64,000 nt of DNA from Planctomycetota bacterium (GTDB taxonomy: Bacteria > Planctomycetota > UBA8108 > UBA1146). The stretch lies in assembly GCA_036338595.1 (NCBI GenBank), contig JAYZBV010000015.1, forward strand, positions 14,103-78,102, in the 5' to 3' direction. Position 1 is the first letter of the stretch. Every line of letters starts with the position of its first letter. The notes under the pieces are model-generated. The model did not search any database. It had not been told where the DNA came from and saw only the letters and a list, made by a program, of their open reading frames with translations. Below are positions 59,559 to 64,000 of this stretch, in pieces. The position numbers and the translations under genes were made by a program.

Positions 59559-62076
59559 CGCCGAGCATCCCGAGGAGCAAGAGGGGCCTGTCACCAGCGA
59601 CCAGTTGCGGCTGATCGGGACACCGTTTCGGCGAGTCGACGGTCGTGCCAAGGTGACGGGACAGACGCGCTTTGCTGATGATCTGTCATTTCCTCGAATG
59701 GTCCACATGAAACTGGTGCGCTCCACGGTGCCGCACGCAAGGATCGTCGGCATCGATACCAAGAAGGCGAGTGAGATGCCCGGTGTCGTCGGTTTCTTGA
59801 CCGGTGAGTCGATGCCGGATCCCTTCGGGATCCTGCCGGTGAGTCAGGACGAGCACGCGCTCTGCATCGACAAGGTGCGATTTGTCGGGGATCCGGTGGT
59901 GGCGGTGGCAGCACTCACCGAGGACCAGGCACACGAGGCCGCCCTCGCCGTGGAAGTCGAGTACGAACCACTCGAGACGATCGCCACCGTCGAGGAGGCG
60001 ATTTCCACTCCCGAGCCACGAATCCACGACTACGGCGATGAAGGCAACCTTCACAAGAAACTGTCGATGGAGTTCGGGGATGTCGACGGCGGTTTCGACG
60101 AAGCGGATCAGATCTTCGAGGACATCCTGTACTTCGAGGGCAATACTCACCTGCCGATGGAACAACACGCAACCGTGGCGCTGACGGAGGAGATCGATCG
60201 GGTCACCGTGTACTCGTCGACCCAGACACCTCACTACCTGCACCGCTCGCTGGCCAAGGTACTGGGACTGCCCGCCGCGAGGATTCGCGTCATCGCCTGT
60301 CCCAACGGCGGTGGATTCGGTGGCAAGAGCGATCCCTTCAATCACGAGATCTGTGCCGCAAAGATGGCCCTGACCCTGGGGCGACCGGTCAAGATCTGTC
60401 TCACCCGAGAAGAGGTCTTCTACTGTCACCGGGGCAGACACCCGGTGTTGATGAAGATCCGAACCGGAGTCAAGAAGGACGGCACCCTCACTGCCCAGCA
60501 CCTTCAGACCGCTCTCGATGGCGGCGCCTACGGAAGTTATGGCGTCGCGAGCACCTATTACACCGGTGCTCTGCAAACGGTCACCTACGAGCTTCCGAAG
60601 TATCGCTTCGAGAGTATTCGTGCCTTCACCAACAAGCCCCCCTGTGGACCCAAGCGCGGCCACGGAACCCCCCAGCCAAGATTTGCCTTCGAGGTCCACC
60701 TCGACAAGATCGCCCACGAACTGGCGATCGATCCTGCACAACTTCGTCTGCAACAACTCGTCGCTGCCGACAGTGTCACATCCAACTGGTTGAAGGTCGG
60801 TTCGATGGGACTTGGAAAATGCATCGAAGCGGTGGTGGAAGGCAGCGGCTGGAACCAGCGTCATGGAAAGTTGCCAGAGGGCAGGGGGCTCGGCCTCGCC
60901 TGTGGCTCCTACCTCAGTGGCGCAGGCCTTCCCATCTACTGGAATCACATGCCGCAATCGGGGGTGCAGTTGCAACTCGATCGTTCCGGAGGAGTGGCGC
61001 TCTTCTGCGGCGAGACGGAGATCGGCCAGGGCTCTGATTCGGTGATTGCGGCCATCACTGCGGAAATCCTCGGTATCGATCTGCACGATATTCGACTCTG
61101 CGTCGCCGATACTGACCTGACCCCGGTCGATCTCGGCAGTTACTCATCGCGAGTCACCTTGATGGCTGGAAATGCCGCGATCCAGGCCGCCGAGCGAGCG
61201 CGAACCCTGGTCGCCAGGGGAGCTGCGGAAAAACTGGATGTTCCGGCAAGGGAACTGGTGTTTGCCGAGGGGCGCGTCTTCCATGGCGAGAATCCTGACC
61301 ATGGAATGACCTTCCAGGAAGCGGTGGTCGAGGCGGAATCGCGTTTCGGTACCCTCGGAACCACCGGAAGTTACACCCCTCCACGCTCTCCTGGACGCTA
61401 TCGCGGTGCCGGAGTGGGACCTTCTCCAGCCTACAGTTACAGCGCCGCCGTGGTGGAAGCAGAAGTCGATCCGGCGACCGGCATCTACCGCATCGAACAT
61501 GTCTGGATGGCGCACGATGTCGGCAAGTGCATCAATCCGGCGCTGGTGATGGGGCAGATCGAGGGATCGGTCTACATGGGACTGGGCGAGGCGATGATGG
61601 AGGAACAGGTGTTTCGCCGCTTGCCGAAGAAACGCTCGGGTGCGCTGGTGCACAAGCATCCGTCGATGCTGGAGTACAAGTCGCCGACCTTTGCCGATAT
61701 GCCGCCAGTGACCAGTTACATCATCGAGGATCCTGATCCCAACGGTCCCTTCGGGGCCAAGGAGGTGGGGCAGGGTCCGTTGCTCCCGATGATGCCAGCG
61801 GTCGCCAACGCCATCTTCGATGCGGTGGGGGTGAGGGTTGATCAGGTGCCGATTGCACCGCACATGGTCATGCAGGCGATGGAGGCGAGAGAGAAGGGCA
61901 AGCCCGGCCGCTTCGGGCCCAAGTCCTTCCCCGAGATCGAGTTCGGCGTGCCGCTCAAGGTCCCCACTCCTGCGGAGGGCGGCGACGGCAAGGCCACCAA
62001 CAAAGATGATGCTGGCGTGCGGGCCGGAACCGGAACCATGACCGATCGCAAGGATGCGGTGAAGGGGGAGAACTGA
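59551..62076 (+). CDS. hcrA: Molybdopterin subunit, 4-hydroxybenzoyl-CoA reductase alpha-like
   Basis: Xanthine oxidase family motifs (GGGFGGK, IGQGS, FGAKEVG) plus HcrA-like PFGILP, PPCG..RGHGT, GKLP.GRGLG, GSYSSRVT. Confidence 0.8.
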   Translation: MANAEHPEEQEGPVTSDQLRLIGTPFRRVDGRAKVTGQTRFADDLSFPRMVHMKLVRSTVPHARIVGIDTKKASEMPGVVGFLTGESMPDPFGILPVSQDEHALCIDKVRFVGDPVVAVAALTEDQAHEAALAVEVEYEPLETIATVEEAISTPEPRIHDYGDEGNLHKKLSMEFGDVDGGFDEADQIFEDILYFEGNTHLPMEQHATVALTEEIDRVTVYSSTQTPHYLHRSLAKVLGLPAARIRVIACPNGGGFGGKSDPFNHEICAAKMALTLGRPVKICLTREEVFYCHRGRHPVLMKIRTGVKKDGTLTAQHLQTALDGGAYGSYGVASTYYTGALQTVTYELPKYRFESIRAFTNKPPCGPKRGHGTPQPRFAFEVHLDKIAHELAIDPAQLRLQQLVAADSVTSNWLKVGSMGLGKCIEAVVEGSGWNQRHGKLPEGRGLGLACGSYLSGAGLPIYWNHMPQSGVQLQLDRSGGVALFCGETEIGQGSDSVIAAITAEILGIDLHDIRLCVADTDLTPVDLGSYSSRVTLMAGNAAIQAAERARTLVARGAAEKLDVPARELVFAEGRVFHGENPDHGMTFQEAVVEAESRFGTLGTTGSYTPPRSPGRYRGAGVGPSPAYSYSAAVVEAEVDPATGIYRIEHVWMAHDVGKCINPALVMGQIEGSVYMGLGEAMMEEQVFRRLPKKRSGALVHKHPSMLEYKSPTFADMPPVTSYIIEDPDPNGPFGAKEVGQGPLLPMMPAVANAIFDAVGVRVDQVPIAPHMVMQAMEAREKGKPGRFGPKSFPEIEFGVPLKVPTPAEGGDGKATNKDDAGVRAGTGTMTDRKDAVKGEN

Positions 62077-63098
62077 TGCTGAGACTGCCCGCGTTCACCT
62101 TCCATCAGCCCTCTACCATCGAGGAGGCGGTCGCCTTGCTCGCAGCCGATCCCGCCAACACGAGAGTGGTTGCCGGGGGCACCGATCTGTTTCCCAACAT
62201 GAAGCGTCGTCACCAGGGTGCCGGGTCGGTGGTGTCCTTGAGAGGGATCGATGCTCTGCGTGGCATCAGCGAAGCCGATGATGGCGGGTTGATCATCGGG
62301 GCGACCACCACTCTCGATACCATCACCCGTGATGAGAGGGTGCAGAAGTGTTACCCGGGCCTGACCACTGCCGTGGCCAGCATCTCCAGCCCGGTGCTCA
62401 GAAATGCCGGCACCATCGGCGGCAACCTGTGCCTCGACACGCGCTGTACCTACTACAACCAGAATGAGGAATGGCGTCGCAGTATCGATTACTGCATGAA
62501 GGAGGAGGGCGAGATCTGCTGGGTCGCTCCCAGTAGCCCCCGCTGCTGGGCGGTCTCCAGCGGCGATTCGGTACCGATGCTGTGTGCACTCGGAGCCGAG
62601 ATCACGCTCGTCTCCAGCGATGGGGAGCGAACCCTGCCTCTGGCGGGTCTGTTCCGTGACGATGGCATCGAGTTTCTCTCCAAGAAACCGGAAGAGATCC
62701 TCACCACCATTCGCATCCCTGCGCCTTCCGGCGAAAGAACCGCCTTCTGGAAACTACGCCGCCGCGGATCGATCGATTACGGCGTGTTGAGTGTCGCCAT
62801 AGCCGGCTGGTGCAACGGCGAGACTACTGATCGCATCGAGATCTGGCTCGGCTCGGTGGGCAGCACCCCGGTACGATGCAACGACAGCATCGCAGCGCTG
62901 ATCGGAAAGCCCATCGACGATGAGACCATCGCCGAGGCCTCCGCCCTGGCGCGCAAGGGCGCCGGCGCCAACCCCCTCGGCAACACCGACTTCTTACCGC
63001 AATGGCGCGGCAAGATGATCGAGAAGTATGTCGACGCAGTGCTGCGCGAAGTGGCGGGACTGCCGAGACAGAGGATGGCGCCGCAGCACCCGCTGTAA
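62076..63098 (+). CDS. hcrB: FAD subunit with [4Fe-4S] insertion, 4-hydroxybenzoyl-CoA reductase beta-like
   Basis: AGGTDL, RNAGTIGGNL followed by the Cys-rich insert CLDTRCTYYNQ..WR...YCMK..G.IC......RCWA typical of HcrB. Confidence 0.85.
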   Translation: MLRLPAFTFHQPSTIEEAVALLAADPANTRVVAGGTDLFPNMKRRHQGAGSVVSLRGIDALRGISEADDGGLIIGATTTLDTITRDERVQKCYPGLTTAVASISSPVLRNAGTIGGNLCLDTRCTYYNQNEEWRRSIDYCMKEEGEICWVAPSSPRCWAVSSGDSVPMLCALGAEITLVSSDGERTLPLAGLFRDDGIEFLSKKPEEILTTIRIPAPSGERTAFWKLRRRGSIDYGVLSVAIAGWCNGETTDRIEIWLGSVGSTPVRCNDSIAALIGKPIDDETIAEASALARKGAGANPLGNTDFLPQWRGKMIEKYVDAVLREVAGLPRQRMAPQHPL

Positions 63099-63235
63099 TT
63101 AGCCTGATGGGGTCCAGTTGCCACTATCAGGGCGTCTTAATCCATCCAGCGGCTACATACCGCCCTGTTCCATGCAATACTAAGGGCTGACTTTATTGTC
63201 GGGACGGACAGAAGTATTCAGTTCAGGTTGGAGGG

Positions 63236-64000
63236 ATGGCAGTGACACCTACCAGTGGTCGGCGTGGTCTGCCCATCGCCCTGCTCCTTTTACTGCTTCC
63301 TGCCTTCTTGCAGGTTGACCTGGCGAGGTCGCAGGACCCGCTGCCAGATGGCTTCCTCGAATCGAATCACGTCTGGTCGGGGAGTTTCGACTCGGCGATG
63401 TTCGGTAGCAGCGTTGCCGATGCGGGGGATGTCAATGGCGATGGATTCAGCGACATCGTCGTCGGAGCCTACGGTTGGGACATCCCCGGAGGACTCTTCG
63501 ATGAGGGCGCCGCCTTCGTCTTCCTCGGCGGGCCCGACGGTATCGTCGGCACCGACCCCACGACCGCCAATGCGGTGCTGCTGGGGGACCAAGCGGGCAC
63601 CGAATTCGGCTGGAGCGTCGCCGGAGCTGGCGATGTCAACGGTGATGGCTTCGACGATATCATCGTCGGCGCTCACCATTACGACAGCACCATCGCGGGG
63701 GGGACTCTCGCTGTCGATGGCGCGGCTTTCGTGTTTCTCGGGAGTCCGACAGGGATCGACGCCACCGGCCCTTCCACCGCTCACGCCAGCATCTTCGGCA
63801 CGGTGCTAGATTCGCGTCTCGGCCACGCGGTCTCGGCAGCTGGCGATGTCAATAACGACGGCTTCGGAGACATCATCGTGGGCATGCCGCGCATGGGGAT
63901 CCCCTTTGCCTGTACGCAGACGAACCCGCCGACCTGCAGCATCCCGGAAAACGACTATCAAGGTAACGGCGGTGCGGCACTGATCTTCCTGGGGAGCGCA
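63236..64000 (+). CDS. Secreted FG-GAP repeat (integrin alpha-like) protein, 5' part; absent from the ORF track
   Basis: ATG after GGAGG; leader LPIALLLLLLPA; repeats FGSSVADAGDVNGDGFSDIVVGA, FGWSVAGAGDVNGDGFDDIIVGA, LGHAVSAAGDVNNDGFGDIIVG; open to the window end. Confidence 0.9.
   Translation, partial: MAVTPTSGRRGLPIALLLLLLPAFLQVDLARSQDPLPDGFLESNHVWSGSFDSAMFGSSVADAGDVNGDGFSDIVVGAYGWDIPGGLFDEGAAFVFLGGPDGIVGTDPTTANAVLLGDQAGTEFGWSVAGAGDVNGDGFDDIIVGAHHYDSTIAGGTLAVDGAAFVFLGSPTGIDATGPSTAHASIFGTVLDSRLGHAVSAAGDVNNDGFGDIIVGMPRMGIPFACTQTNPPTCSIPENDYQGNGGAALIFLGSA

Noticed and set aside
59686..61086. 466 aa minus-strand ORF inside hcrA
   Set aside because: Antisense shadow with no independent coding signal.
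59007..63098. Aerobic CO dehydrogenase (coxSLM) call
   Set aside because: No AYxCSFR or AYRGAGR active-site loop, and the FAD subunit has the HcrB-type Cys insert.
63255..63809. 184 aa plus-strand track ORF
   Set aside because: Wrong frame; the FG-GAP gene starts at 63236 and runs off the window.
1..64000. CRISPR arrays, rRNA, tRNA, IS elements, prophage genes
   Set aside because: No regularly spaced repeats, RNA gene signatures, or transposase, integrase or phage motifs were seen.

Overview
A GC-rich bacterial chromosome segment, most likely from an uncultured Planctomycetota member (inferred from FxRGDxNxD dockerin-like tails, a prenyltransferase-repeat protein and a Gly-rich lipoprotein). 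It begins with the end of the spc/alpha ribosomal cluster (rplO end, secY, adk, map, rpmJ, rpsM, rpsK, rpsD, rpoA, rplQ). A ~21 kb island (7.3-28.5 kb) follows with ten co-oriented secreted proteins: nine enzyme-free proteins made of 2-3 cohesin-like modules plus one C-terminal dockerin-like module, in two families (A and B) mostly arranged as A-B pairs separated by terminators or hairpins, then a ~1670 aa lipoprotein with Ig-like, FG-GAP, cohesin-like, IPT/TIG and dockerin-like modules. This is the best candidate for an undescribed system, possibly a self-assembling, lipoprotein-anchored cohesin-dockerin surface meshwork. Next come radC, a metallophosphoesterase, yidC, mnmE, nrdR, a hypothetical gene, smc, a coupled AAA+/REC-HD-GYP/AAA+-Fis regulatory trio, a PDZ protein, nnrE, a prenyltransferase-repeat protein, a large Gly-rich lipoprotein, an archaeal-type GAPDH-like gene, a HEAT-like protein, an SSS transporter and GH3 nagZ. 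The right end has boxC-boxB (O2-dependent benzoyl-CoA epoxidation, no boxA seen) divergent from panD-hcrCAB (4-hydroxybenzoyl-CoA reductase family), suggesting a hybrid aromatic pathway, and the 5' part of an FG-GAP protein gene. No rRNA, tRNA, CRISPR array or transposase was recognised. All domain calls are by-eye motif recognition, not database searches.
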